The notes beneath the pieces are model-generated. The model saw only the letters and a list, made by a program, of their open reading frames with translations. It did no database searches and was not told the origin of the DNA. The translations under genes were made by a program, and so were the position numbers. A stretch of 64,000 bases of DNA from Octopus bimaculoides. Taxonomy: Eukaryota. Below are positions 12,552 to 26,292 of the stretch, in pieces (positions within the stretch are counted from its first letter, which is position 1; every line of letters begins with the position of its first letter). Location: contig NC_068986.1 of the NCBI RefSeq assembly GCF_001194135.2, positions 88,937,913 through 89,001,912 of the forward strand. Reading direction: 5' to 3'.

Positions 12552-14204
12552 GTTTTGGTGATCCCAAACGAAGGTGCGCGTGTGTATGTGGGAATGTGTG
12601 TGTGTGTGTGTGTGTGTGCGTGGATAGGGGCTGGTGACTTAGACGTATATGGATGTGGCGTGCCTAGGTGTGTGTGTCTGTAATGTATGGGTGTGTGTGG
12701 ATGATGGTGTGTGGCTGTGCGGATGATGGTGTGTGGTGTGGGTGCTGAGAAGTGGTCAGTGCTGGTATGTGTGGAGTGGTGTGGGCTGGTGTGATGAGGG
12801 GTGGTGTGATGAGGGGTGGTGTGATGAGGGGTGGGATAGTATGTTACGTGGTGTGGTGTAGTACGGTATGGGAGTGTGGGGATGTAGGGTAGGGGTTGTA
12901 GTTGGAGGAGAGTATGAATGAAGAGAGATGGTGGGTAGGATTCAAGAGAGGAAGTATATATATAATCGTTATTATTGTTAGTAGTAGTAGTATTGTATTA
13001 TTGATGTGATGTATTGTCATTGTTTTTCCTGATTTTGTCAGTTGTTTTTTAATCCCACGTTAAACTTGATCCAGAAATCATATATGCTCAGGGCCATTCC
13101 AGCCCATTCCATTAGGTCTTTCATTCATTCTTTTGTTTTTCTTTCTTTTCAGACCTAGTATACCTTGGTGTACATAACATAATGCTTCCCCCTAGTTATG
13201 TTATGACGGCAGAGTGTGGTTTGAGGGGAATTTGACTGCTACACCTAACACTTCTAATGGTAATATAGTTGGACGTACGATTCATCATATTTTTGTTGAT
13301 GGGGTTGCGATTGCTGCTGACGTCGTGAAACATTGTGACATGTAGTCATATCCATTAATATTTGTGTTTCGAATCTAAACAGGTCTTTTCAATGTATCTG
13401 AGCCCATAACACATATGCTAGTCAAGTAATAAACAGGCCTGTTATCGCCGAAAATAACATTATAATTGCTATCAGTAGCAGCGTTTTTATCATCATCATC
13501 ATCATCGTCATTATTATCATCATTATTGTCATCATCGTCGTCGTCGTCGTCGTTGTCATCACCATCGACATGATTTTTAGCAGCAACAACAGCATCGTAA
13601 TCTTCGTCATCATTGTCGCTGTCTATATTGTCTCCGTCGTTGCTGTCAGCGTCGTTACAATCATTATTGTCATCATCATGATCATCGTAATCACCATCAT
13701 CATCAGCAGCATTTTCATCATTATAGTTAGAAGTACCACCATTATTCTCATCATCGTTATTGTGGTGATCCTTTTCCTCAGTCTCATCATTATCCTCACC
13801 GTCCCCACCATCAGTATTGTCGTTATCCGCTTCATGATCGTCGTCGCAGCCGCCTTCGTTATCGCCTTCAAAGTTCGTAGAGTGACGGACAAGCTGTCTT
13901 GCAGTGTTTAGTCACCGTTCGCTACATTCTGAATACAAATTACAACGAGATCAATATTGCCTTTGGTCAATTAAGAACCAGCCAAGCACTGTGATCCATT
14001 AAATCGACTAGACACCCTTATCACCAGCTCCCAACTCCTTTTGTTATATTAGTAGAAATGACTGAGTTCCAATATTAACCTTTCATATTTACGGCAATCC
14101 TTAAATAATGTTCTAGCCAAGAATTGGAATTCAGGATTTCCCATTCTACTCATTATTTGAATTCTTGATCTTGTTCCAGTCTTGGAAAAATAATAAGAGC
14201 AATG

Positions 14205-15272
14205 GATTGGCAGAATTGTTAGAGTCTTAGACAAAATGCCTTGCGCTATTTGTTCCGGTTCTTTTCATTACGAGTTCAAATCCCACCGAAGCGAACTTTG
14301 TCTTCTTTACTTGCTATGTTTCTAAAATTAAATACCAATCAAGCCTCCCGGGACATTATTCTCTTGGGCCTTGAAATCTACGATTCGTAGGGCCGGTTAC
14401 CTTGTTTCCTTAACGTACACGTTACCGAAATTACAGCCATCTCCCCGAGCGGGATGCCAGTTTGTCGCAGGGTTACTGAGTCGATGGAGCAACGCGGATT
14501 AAAGGGTTTTGCTCAACAACATATCGCAACTGCCCTGTCTGGAAATCGAAACCACGATCTTACGAGCGACACCCTAACCACTAAGCCAGGCACTTTTTGA
14601 TTAGCAGCCAATTGATTATTACTTCCCTGCATTTTCGTGGTCTTCTGCCAATGTTAAAAGGTTATCGAGCAGAAGCATTAGAGCGTCGGACAAAATGCCT
14701 TGAAGTATTTAGTCACTATCATTTACGTTCTGAATTCAAATGAATCCGAAGTCGCTTCTGCAGTTCATCATTTCAATGGTGATAAAGTGTCAGTCAAGCA
14801 CTGGGTCGATCCAGACTAATGCTTTACAGGTCTTTCAAAGCATTACAGGTCTTTTACGAAGCATTACTAATAATAAAAGAAATCATGGTAAAAATGCTTT
14901 AAGATATTTTTGGCAGTTCCTTACTCTGTGATTTCAAATTGAGCTGATGCCGACCCTAACTTTTATACACTGAGGGTCGATAAAATAAGTACCAGTTGAG
15001 CCGACTTACTTCCTCCTCAGAAACTGCTAACCTTTGCTAAAGCTTTAAAACATTATTATTACTACTGAAGTGGCAAACTGGCAGAATCGTTAGCACACCA
15101 GTGAAAACGCTTAGCAGCATTTCGTCCGTCTTTATGTTCTGAGTTCAAGTCCCGCTGAGGCCGACTTTGTCTTTGTTCCATTCTATGAAATAACTACCAG
15201 CTGCGCACTGTAATCGACTATCCACCCTCCCCAAAATTTCAGACCTTGTGCTTATATCAGAAGGGATTATTA
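14205..15272 (+). mobile_element. Cluster of about four decayed family A SINEs, with a family B remnant near 14390-14590
   Basis: Repeated degenerate ggcagaat(c)gttag..aaaatgc(c/t)t..gagttcaa motifs near 14210, 14670, 14870 and 15070; the last copy ends in an (ATT)n tail. Confidence 0.7.
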
Positions 15273-15275
15273 TCA

Positions 15276-17712
15276 TTAGTTTTCATATACACACAACAGA
15301 TTTGGAAAAGAAAAAGTCCTAACATGGGGCTGCAGTAAGTAACTTTTGATGCAAAGATCCCTCCTAAGTATCCTAGCTGTCCCTAATAATATTGTTTTCT
15401 GGAGCTGTACTAAACTGGGTTTTATGCCTATTTCCTTTATCCATCTGTTCAAATAGTTATGCACCTATAACTATAGGGATATATTTTACCCACACTTTCC
15501 ATAGTTTCTGTAATTCAATGGCTAGGCCCTGGCACTTTGTTATTTTTCTATACCCCCCATATTGATTTTTCATCAATTGGAACTGTAAAGTTAATTATCT
15601 GACACTTTCCATTCTCTTTATCTACTACTACTAAATCAGGTTTTCTAGCTTTTATTAATTTGTCAGTCTGAATGTTAAAGTCCCGCAACATATTTCTTAC
15701 TTTCTAGTATTTCACAAGGTTCATGTTCATGCCATTTATCAGTATGTTCAAATCCTAGGTTTCTACATAACTCCAAGTGGATTACTCTCCCTAGATTCTC
15801 ATGTTTTTTCTTGTATTCTTTCTGTGCTAGCATGCTCCACTCACTTTGTCTATGAGTAACACTTTCCTCTTTTGATTTGCATAGCCTACATTGTAAATTT
15901 GCTTGGTTTTTGTTTATCTTGACTTTATCCATTTAGTCCTTAAATCTTGATCTAATGCTGCTACCAACAAACTTTCTGTCTCCATTTTCAGCCTTTCTTT
16001 CTACACCACAACCATATATCACTGCTAATATTTGTTGCAACTATCTTTGGGAATCTACCGTGCAAAGCCTTCTCCAGCCAGTCAGATAACTTCTGTTCTT
16101 TTTTCTGGTTTCCTTATGTTTTGCTGTTACTCTTGCAACTTTTAATAAACTTTCTTCACTATTCCCTATATAGGAGTTTATATACACCCTAGCTAACTCC
16201 ATACAGTCTTCTACTGATATCAACCCTCTTCCGCCCTCCTTTCTAGGTAAGTATAATCTTGCTACTCTTGTCCTTGGCTGGAGTCTTCCATTCATATTGA
16301 ATTCCTTCTTAGTTCTTCTGTCTAGCTTTGCTAATTCAGTTTTTGTCCAATCTACAAAAGCTGCTGAGCATCTAAGTAATGATATTGCCCAAGTATTTAC
16401 AGCTTTCACTAAATTCGGACCAATTTGCTTTGACTTCATTAAGTTCCTCAAACTTCTGATGTATTCCTTCTCAATTTTCGTTTTCATTTCTATAGTTAGT
16501 ATTCTGTCAGATTGTAATACTTCTTATAACTCTCTCCTCCTTTCAATGATTTTCATGTCTGGCCATCTGGTCATTGGATGCCTTCGCTGTTGACTACCTG
16601 TCCCCTTCTCGTAATTAATATTGTACACTTATCTATGCCAAATTCCATGCCTGTATCTTTGCTGTATCTTATCAATGGGTGTGGGATCATGTCATAGGCT
16701 TTCCTATAATCTATCCATGCTATAGTTAGATTTTTCTTTCTATCTTTTACTTCATTTAAGACTGCTTTGTCTATGTATAATAGATCATGAGTTTCTCTGG
16801 CCTTCTTCCTGCAACCTTTCCGTTTTCTAGCAGTAAATTCTGGTCGTCAAGGTGCTCTTAAATGCTTTCTGAAAGCATTCCTGCTAATAGCGTCCATACT
16901 AATGGTAAGCAAGTGATTAATCTATAATTGCTGTCTGTATTACACTTGCTTTTATCTTTCCTAAGGAATATTGTTCTCCCTCTAGTCATCCAATCTGGTA
17001 TTATTCCTCCATTCAGACAATCCTAAAGTTGTTCCCTAAGCCTTCTATGTAAACTACTAAATTTCTTTAGCCAGTACCCTTGAACTACATCTGGTCCTGG
17101 ACCCTTCCAATTCGGCATTTTTCCTCACACTCTTACTCATTAATGCATTAGTTAGTCTTAGATCTGCCTGCTTCTCACTCACTATTTCTTCCCTCACTTT
17201 CTTTAACAATACTGCATCTCCATTATGATTGACTGGCTTATCCAAAATAAATACTCTAGAACTTTCCAGCTTCTTCTTCATTAGGTTTCTCATCTTCGGT
17301 ACTTCGTTCTCCACTATTTATTTGGTTATAAAATCTCTTCTGGTCTGTCTCAAATAACCTGTTCTGTTGATATTCATCTATTCTTCTCTGATATCTAGAA
17401 AGCTACTGCTATGATACGCTGTTTCAACTTTTCTATGACTCTCCCAAATCCTTCCTCTTTGAATAAGTATCTGTTCTCAAGAGAAGATTTGCATCTTCTG
17501 TTTCATAACTTGTTCAGTTTCCAGTCTTCTATTTAACTCAGATCTTTTCTTAGTCTTCGCTTTTTTTCGTAATCCCTTTTTCTACATTTCTTTAATATTT
17601 CCCTGTTGGGTATTTCATTTTCTAGTAACTACTCCTCTTCCTGCATAGATCAATAGGTTAGTGTCTCCTATAGTTTTAGTATCAATCCTACTGCTAAAAA
17701 ATATACATTGCT
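15276..17712 (-). mobile_element. R4/Dong-clade non-LTR retrotransposon (RT plus restriction-like endonuclease), 5'-truncated and pseudogenised
   Basis: Minus-strand pieces: QNRLFETDQKRFY-like linker, DYRKAYDMIPH (RT), ARLYLPRKEGGRGLISVED (thumb), CRLCKSKEESVTH (zinc knuckle), KPDLVVVDKE (RLE PD..D), QLQKTILLGTARILRR (C-terminus). Many stops and frameshifts. Confidence 0.9.
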
Positions 17713-17713
17713 A

Positions 17714-17908
<195 letters not shown>

Positions 17909-17909
17909 T

Positions 17910-18006
17910 AGGACGGAGAGCTACAGAAACTCTAGCACGCCGGGCAAAATGCTTTGCGGCACTTCGTTTGTTAATATCTGCATTATTCGCTCTCTTTGGA
18001 TATTTG
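17910..18006 (+). mobile_element. Family A SINE head fragment running into a gap
   Basis: ggacggagagctacagaaactctagcacgccgggcaaaatgctttgcgg resembles the family A head. Confidence 0.65.
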
Positions 18007-18912
18007 NNNNNNNNNNNNNNNNNNNNNNNNNNNNNNNNNNNNNNNNNNNNNNNNNNNNNNNNNNNNNNNNNNNNNNNNNNNNNNNNNNNNNNNNNNNNNN
18101 NNNNNNNNNNNNNNNNNNNNNNNNNNNNNNNNNNNNNNNNNNNNNNNNNNNNNNNNNNNNNNNNNNNNNNNNNNNNNNNNNNNNNNNNNNNNNNNNNNNN
18201 NNNNNNNNNNNNNNNNNNNNNNNNNNNNNNNNNNNNNNNNNNNNNNNNNNNNNNNNNNNNNNNNNNNNNNNNNNNNNNNNNNNNNNNNNNNNNNNNNNNN
18301 NNNNNNNNNNNNNNNNNNNNNNNNNNNNNNNNNNNNNNNNNNNNNNNNNNNNNNNNNNNNNNNNNNNNNNNNNNNNNNNNNNNNNNNNNNNNNNNNNNNN
18401 NNNNNNNNNNNNNNNNNNNNNNNNNNNNNNNNNNNNNNNNNNNNNNNNNNNNNNNNNNNNNNNNNNNNNNNNNNNNNNNNNNNNNNNNNNNNNNNNNNNN
18501 NNNNNNNNNNNNNNNNNNNNNNNNNNNNNNNNNNNNNNNNNNNNNNNNNNNNNNNNNNNNNNNNNNNNNNNNNNNNNNNNNNNNNNNNNNNNNNNNNNNN
18601 NNNNNNNNNNNNNNNNNNNNNNNNNNNNNNNNNNNNNNNNNNNNNNNNNNNNNNNNNNNNNNNNNNNNNNNNNNNNNNNNNNNNNNNNNNNNNNNNNNNN
18701 NNNNNNNNNNNNNNNNNNNNNNNNNNNNNNNNNNNNNNNNNNNNNNNNNNNNNNNNNNNNNNNNNNNNNNNNNNNNNNNNNNNNGGATGGGGAGGGGAGG
18801 GGGAGGAGGTGGTGGTGGAGGAGTGAAAGGGGCGACGGCTACAGAGAGAGAAGGAGTTGAGATGAAGAAGAAAAGTAAAGACAAGAGTGATAATGCTAAA
18901 TGCAGATTGAAG

Positions 18913-18914
<2 letters not shown>

Positions 18915-18999
<85 letters not shown>

Positions 19000-19064
19000 T
19001 GACAGACAGATAGATAGAGAGAGAGACAGAGAGACAGAGAGAAACAGACAAAAGACAGACAGAC

Positions 19065-19127
<63 letters not shown>

Positions 19128-19135
19128 AAAAGAAA
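18915..19135. repeat. (GATA)n, (GACA)n and (GAAA)n tetranucleotide repeats
   Basis: Direct read. Confidence 0.95.
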
Positions 19136-20434
19136 GACGACTACTATTGGCAAGCAAACCGATATACAGACAGACATACAAACAAATAAACGACAGATAG
19201 AGAGATAAGGAGAGACAGAGAGGCAGAGAGAGGGTGAGAGTGAGAGAGAGAGAGAGAGAGAGAGGGGGGAGAGTGAGAGACAGAGACAGAGACCGAGAGA
19301 TAGAGAGTAAAGGAGAAAGGTATATAGTGAGTTGAAGTTGGAGGGATTTAAGAGATTTTGTTAATTCTTGTGGCCGGTGTCATCGGGATAATTGTAATTG
19401 GACGTTATTGTTACTGTTGTTATTCATGTCCTCGTTGCCATTGCTACGAAGGTATTGGTTTTAGGGATGTGGGCTGTTGATGGTGTTGAAAGGAATGGTA
19501 GCTGGCGAGGATGGTTGTCTTACTTTAAGTTGATGATGATAGGACGATGATGATGATGGTGGTGGGAGGAGAGTAGCGGTGATAGGGATGTTATTTAGAC
19601 CACGATCAATCTCATATTAATCAGATCTTTGGCAGCATACTTTCTGGCTGGCTGCTACTGCTACTGCAGTTGTTGCTATTGCTGCTGCTGATGCTACTGG
19701 TGCTACTGCTGCGGCTACTGCTGCTACCTCCCGCACCGCCGCCGCCGCCTCCGCCACCTCTACCACCGATGATGTTGATGATGATGACGATGTCATCGTT
19801 AGTATTATTGTCATTCTTGTTAATATCCACGTGATACCTGGTACCAGATCGGCACTTATCGAATATCTAATCTACAATCTAAAATATTACATTGATTATC
19901 CACTATATTTATATGCTCAAGTCCTGATGGTGGTGGTGTTGGTGGTGGTGGAAGTGGTGGTGGTGCTGCTGTTGGTGTTGTTGGTGTTGAAAATATTGCA
20001 CCAGTGTTTTATCATTGTTTCCGTCAGAAACGAAAGGTTAGTTTCAGTGAGATCTTCTTAGATCTTACAAAAATGCTAGATGCATCTCAGATAGTTAGTC
20101 TTTGATCGCAGACGTCGCATGACTGCTTGTAACAGAGTTGGGCCCCTACCGACCCATCGCCGCCAAATGTTTGTCATGTATCTATACAAATAGGTGCAAA
20201 TCTAATCAAAGTAATTTCAGGCAAATAACTACTTTTAACTACTTTCCCTCAGATATAAATACTTTTTCTCTATGCAATCTGTGTTTCTCCAAGAGCAGGA
20301 CACTGCTTTGAGGCGATACGCTTTAGTCCCAAAGTTCATCACAGGTGCTGCTGTTAGAACGCTAGAAACCATTACAGATATCACAAAGCAGCTTTCCCAA
20401 ACCCATCTTACACTCTATGTTGATACTTTATTTA

Positions 20435-20810
20435 TCGACCTCGAAAGAATCAAAGGCAAAGTTGACCTCGGCAGGATCTGAACTCAGAAAACAGGTAGTC
20501 GGAACAAATACCGCGAGTCATTCAATGAAATGGTCTTACGGTTCCACAAGCTGAAACTGCTGACGATACCCAAAGACCAGTAGGGATGTTGAACAGGCTG
20601 ACCGATTAATTCAGCCACCCAAGAACTGGAACGAATCCACCACCCTCTTCCACGAACGGTCTTGCACAGTTTCCGCCAACGAAATTTCACACACAAGACT
20701 GCTTTATGACTGTCGTACAAAACATTTTCCCGTGATACCGCACTGTGGAGCTGAGGATGAATAGGTGTTCTTATTACGAAGTTTCTTAGTCTCACAGATA
20801 TGTTTGCAAC
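20435..20810 (-). mobile_element. Decayed SINE fragments (family A core about 20435-20515; family C about 20540-20810)
   Basis: ttatcgacctcgaaagaatcaaaggcaaagttgacctcggc matches the family A core. The downstream part resembles 48770-49077. Confidence 0.55.
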
Positions 20811-21539
20811 CCAAACATGTCTGATAATATTAGTGGGTGTAAGTTACAAAAGCATTCTTCGGGGTATGATGCTCGGTGGCCATATTTATAATATAGGTTA
20901 ACATCCAGAATCAGCCCTACCTATACAGATCAAAGACGTTCCCGCTATCACCATGCCGTTTTTCTGAAAGTTCATCTCAGACTACATTATTTAAAATAAC
21001 ATTCAGGGTTTTCCAAAGAGAGTATGGTATGATTTGAAAAAGTATTGACTCTAAATTTTGGTAATTACGAATGTGTTTATATCAGACGTCACTCATGCAA
21101 ATATTAGCAAAATGGTGTACATTTGATAGGTAGTGGGATAGGGGAAATTGTAGTGGTGGCTAGGATTGTGGTAGTGTTGAGGGCAATAGTGAGGATGGCG
21201 GTAGTGGTGTTGGTGGAGCGGTTGATAAGGATGTGTTAATGGTGACATTAAGTTGACTGTTAGTGGTAGTGCTGCGTGTATATTGTTCCGCTCTGGATCA
21301 GTCATAATTGAGCTGACCTACGTTCAATGATATTCTAACCGTGACGATCCAGCCAATTTGTACGAACAGCACTACACTATACAGACTGCATTATGAATGA
21401 TGTGACTGTACGTGTCAGCTATTGTCGTTTTCGTTTAACCCCTGAGCAGTTATGATTAAGAAGATAATTATACGATCAAAGATATCCCATCCGTGACCAG
21501 CTAGCGTTGTGTATATCTCGCAACGTACTCTTTCTTATT

Positions 21540-21752
21540 TCTTTATTGCTCACAAGGGGATAGACACAGAGGGAACAAACGAATTAAGTCGATTACATCG
21601 ACCCCAGTGTGTAACTGGTACTTAATTCATCGACCCCAAAAGGATGAAAGGCAAAATCGACCTCGCCGGAATTTGAACTCAGAACGTAAAGACAGACCAA
21701 ATACCGCTAAGTATTTCGACCGGCGTGCTAACGATTCTGCCAGCTCGCCGCC
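21540..21752 (-). mobile_element. Family A SINE
   Basis: Near-complete match to the reverse complement of the 6358 unit, ending ..gccagctcgccgcc. Confidence 0.88.
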
Positions 21753-21843
21753 ATGCAATATACTCATTCTCCTTAAAGAAAGTGGACTGTAATTTGAATG
21801 ACTTTAGGCTATCCTTTCTAGCGAATCGAAGGACCGTTTAGAG

Positions 21844-22088
21844 CAGTGTTTCTCAGCCTTTTTTGGCCTATGGACCACTTTGCTTCCTATTTTAGGGCCT
21901 CCATAACCATTCACTGCGTATAAAAGAAAAGAAAAAAACTTATTGTATTTTTATATTGTAAGAAAACGTATTTAAAAAAAATTTAATATTTTGTGTATTG
22001 TACAACCAATTTATTGCAGATAAATTTTGACAATAAAATCTTATATCGACACCCAAAGGGCCATATGAACCTTGGTTGAGAATCCCTG
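21844..22088. mobile_element. hAT (Charlie/MER5-like) non-autonomous element
   Basis: Ends cagtgtttctcagcc and ggttgagaatccctg (reverse complement cagggattctcaacc) resemble Charlie TIRs CAGTGGTTCTCAACC. 8-bp flanks gtttagag / ttgtagag are a degenerate TSD close to NTCTAGAN. Confidence 0.75.
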
Positions 22089-23968
22089 TTGTAGAGGATT
22101 CATTTGGTTCATGATAAGGGTTGTAGCGTTGGTTGTAGAATTAGTGATTACGTTATTTTAATCGGTGATACTAGTGGCAGTGAAAGGATTAATATTTAAG
22201 TTGTATCAACAGTGTTGTTAGTGTGAATAAAATCGGTGATTCTAACAGTAATGATAACTATGGTATTGTTGTAATTGTGTGTGTGTTAGGCGGGTGGGGG
22301 GTTATTGTAGTGATGTTGGAATCATAGTTGTTTTGTAGCGGTGGTAGAACGCGGCAGCGATGGTGGTGGTGGGGGGTGGAGGTGATGATGCAGAGAAAGA
22401 TCAATGGAACTGCTCATGCCCTTTGATGGATACCGGTAACAAGGAAATATNNNNNNNNNNNNNNNNNNNNNNNNNNNNNNNNNNNNNNNNNNNNNNNNNN
22501 NNNNNNNNNNNNNNNNNNNNNNNNNNNNNNNNNNNNNNNNNNNNNNNNNNNNNNNNNNNNNNNNNNNNNNNNNNNNNNNNNNNNNNNNNNNNNNNNNNNN
22601 NNNNNNNNNNNNNNNNNNNNNNNNNNNNNNNNNNNNNNNNNNNNNNNNNNNNNNNNNNNNNNNNNNNNNNNNNNNNNNNNNNNNNNNNNNNNNNNNNNNN
22701 NNNNNNNNNNNNNGGTGGTGGTGGTGGTGGCTGCGATGGTGGTGGTGGGTGTGGTGGTGGGTGTGGTGGTGGTATTCCGCTCTAGCTATTGAAACCTGAT
22801 AATGAAAAGGAGTGGACGGTACGAATAAACTCACGAACGCAATCGCAAACAAACACACTTACACACTCACTCATGCGCGCGCACACACAAAAGCCATTCA
22901 TCCACACATACAAGGAGGATAGGAAGAGGGAGAAGTTCAGAGGTGGACAGCCAGATAGACAGACAGACAGAGAGACAGAGACAGATAGGCAAGCCAGATT
23001 TTGGTGACAGCAAGAGACAGAGAGGGAAATTAGAGAGAAAGAAGAGAGAGAGAGAGAGAGAAATAAGGGGAGATGAGAAGGGGATAGCGACATAAGTTGG
23101 GAAGTGTAAGCGATGGAGTCTGCAATCCTGTTTACGGCCTGTTTAACGACAGGCGTTGATCAGGCGAGCTGTTAGCACATAAGTGTACTTAAGCGGAAAA
23201 CTTATAAATCTCCACTGTGTAATGAAGTCATTGTCCACCACGACCATTACCATCGCCACAATCACTACCACCACCACCACCACTACCAACACCACCAGCA
23301 ACATCAACATCGGCTCCGTCTTCATCACCACAGTGAGCTTAAACAACCCCAACAACCACTAATATAACGATCACCATTTTCACCAATATTATCACTCACT
23401 ACGTCACCGTCACAGAAAAGACCACTACCCTCTTAACATTACTAATTACCACCGACACCAACGTCTTTATGAGATATATTTGTTGTTCTACAGTAGATAT
23501 TTTGCAATAATTTTCTCTATACGTTGAAAACAACGATATTTCTCTGTTAAATTGTGAATGGTGTGAATAAATCATTACTGGTACAACTGGAGTATTGACC
23601 CACATTAACTTGTTTTTGACGTTAGTCCTCTTTTAAGGATTATACCATGACATCAGCAATATTCATTCTTGATATTTTCTTTCATTTTTGTCTTTTATTT
23701 TCAACTCTCTTCATTTATTTCTATTTAGCCTGATATTGTTGATATTATGAGTTTCCTGATTTCAAATTTCTCTTATCGTTTTTTTTTTAAGCGTATTTGT
23801 GTACTATCAGTAACAGAATTTTCATTTGTTTATCGTCTGCAACGTACAAGTTGAAGACATCGATATACAGAATATAATTTACTGTCCACCCATAGTATTT
23901 TGAATGGAGTCCAGTATAGGTTAACATAATTTTAAAGTTATAGAGGTACAGAATTGTCTTTCGTACAG

Positions 23969-24037
23969 GAGTGATAATCCCTTTCATAATTCTCACTTTT
24001 GCATATATACGTACAAAATCGTGTAGTTTGACCGGGA
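23969..24037 (+). CDS. Candidate 69-nt phase-1/phase-1 exon encoding a hydrophobic segment, (G)VIIPFIILTFAYIRTKSCSLTG
   Basis: Acceptor tgtctttcgtacag, donor ga|gtaagt; only one frame is open. No partner exons identified. Confidence 0.25.
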
Positions 24038-24313
24038 GTAAGTTTTCTGAAATCCACTAGTCAGAGTCTTTATCTGTCCTCGATACATTTTAGTCGTTAA
24101 CCTTTTCCAGCATTTGGGTTACTTTCTAACTCATGATTATATTTAGAGATATAACATCTGAATTAGTAGCAACAGCCTCATATATATGCTACTATTATAT
24201 TGATGTACTTCCATTACTTTTACAAAACAAGCCTTCTTATACTCGGTCCAGCATGACAGGTTTTGCTTAATTTTCTAAACTCTATCTCTTTAGCATAATG
24301 TTACAAGTGATAT

Positions 24314-24690
24314 GCAATGGCCCAATGGTTAGGGCAGCGGACTCGGGGTCATAGGATCGCAGTTTCGATTCCCAGACCGGGCGTTGTGAGTGTTTATTAA
24401 GCGAAAACACCTAAAGCTCCACGAGACTCCGGCAGGGGACGGTAGCGAACCCTGCTGCACACTTTCACCACAACTTTCTCTCACTCTTTCTTCCTGTTTC
24501 TGTTGTACCTGTAATTCAAAAGGTCAGCCTTGTCACACTGTGTCACGCTGAATATCCCCGAGAACTGCGTTAAGAGTACACGTGTCTGTAGAGTGCTCAG
24601 CCACTTGCACGTTGATTTCACGAGCAGGCTGCTCCGTTGATCGGATCAACTGGAACCCGCGACGTCGTAAGAGACGGAGTGCCAACAACA
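24314..24690 (+). mobile_element. Family B SINE with degenerate 11-bp TSD
   Basis: Homologous to the 5582 copy; acaagtgatat (24303-24313) / acaagtgttat (24688-24698). Confidence 0.9.
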
Positions 24691-25721
24691 AGTGTTATGA
24701 TAGTCTTCTCCTTCCAGATTTCTCTAGGCGTATTATTATAATCTAACTTTCTATCAGTTATTCAGGTCACTTGCAGTGTACTATTTTGTTTCCTTTTCCG
24801 AATCTTGGAATCATTCAGTACACTCTAATCAACAAGGTGCTGGTCTAGTTCATAGTATTATTTGAGTATATACCTTTCCACAACAGCAATTAGATTGTTT
24901 TTTGTAAAGACCCATTTATCTGATTAAAAAAATTTTTTGGGGAGAGTATGTTACAGATTACTTTCACTGTCTGCCTGCAGAAGATCGACATCCCAGGTGC
25001 CTGAATCAGTGAGCAAATTCTGAAGAAACTGATGAAGAGCATAAGGCAAATGCTGAAGAAACTGATGAAGTGCAAGAAGAATAGAGAAATGGTGTCCTGG
25101 TTAAGGAGTTGATATGTGGCGATTAACTAAACAGCAAAATTATTAACATTTACCTAAATGATACAGAATACCAATAAATCTATCAACTGCTAAAGTTGAG
25201 GTGCACCGAGGATGTGGGAGGCTCTATAGTTTGATACTGACTGGTAAGTTCGAAGAATGTAATTCGAAGATTATCATCGAACAGGAAGTCGGACAGCATC
25301 ACGGTTTTCTCACCATATACATGTGTGACTATATCGATATTTTTCTTCCCTTTCTCTATCAAAACGTTTAGCCTTTTTAGTATATGGTATCACATTTTGC
25401 CTCATCACCGAGTTTCACTTTATGTGTATAAATCCAAACAAATAGATAGATGAACTCTGATACACTGGTAGTCAGTATAATCTCGGATTTATGGAGATCA
25501 TAAGATTTGCCTTAGTTGGAGGTCCTCCTGTAGGAGGAGGATTACACCTTCGTATGTTCACTCACTTGGTATTCTGTCTATAATCTTATCTCATTTCACC
25601 GTCTTTTCTCCATTTTCTCACCTCATATTTTTTTTAAGAACCCATGCAAATTGTAAACTGCCTTTGTAATGTCTTCTTTATTTGATGACCAATAAAGAAA
25701 TTACTCTTACTGTTGTCATAA

Positions 25722-25935
25722 GGCAGCAAGGTGGAGAGTCGTTAGCACGCTAGGAAAACTGATTAACGGCTTTTCATTCGTTCTTACGCTCTGAGTTCAA
25801 ATTCCGCCGAGGTCGATTTTGCCCTTCATTGTTTCAGGGTCGATAAAATAAAGCAACAATTGAGCACTGGGATCGAGGCAATCGACTTACTCCCTCCCCG
25901 AAATTCAGGCTTTGTGCCTATAGTAGAAAGGATGA
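25722..25935 (+). mobile_element. Family A SINE (monomer)
   Basis: ctctgagttcaaattccgccgaggtcgattttgcc..gggtcgataaaat..cactgggatcg, ending in an (ATT)n tail. Confidence 0.8.
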
Positions 25936-25961
25936 ATATTATTACTATTTTATTATTATTC

Positions 25962-26292
25962 AGTGAAACTGGGGTAAAATATACGAAGCCCAGTATACCC
26001 ATCATTGACTAGACCAGTCACATGCATCACAACTATATGTGCGCGACACGGTGATATCATATCAAGATAAACAGTGCATTTCCTTGCAGGTGGGGCCCAA
26101 GTTGGAATTTTCTTCAAGTCGAGTAGCCCATCCTGCTCAAAGGGTCTCTGAATAAGCGTTGCTTAAGGATGTTGAACAAAACACCCATGTTTCCAGAGGT
26201 GAATTATCCAAGCCCCAAAGAATTCTTCTCAGCACATGGCTATGATGCTCCCCCACTACTTCTGCTCGTGATCAGAGATGTACATACTGTCA
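25962..26292 (-). mobile_element. Interspersed repeat body fragment (family D)
   Basis: GC-richer block bounded by other repeats. Resembles a recurrent octopus SINE body from memory; no second copy of this part in the window. Confidence 0.4.
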
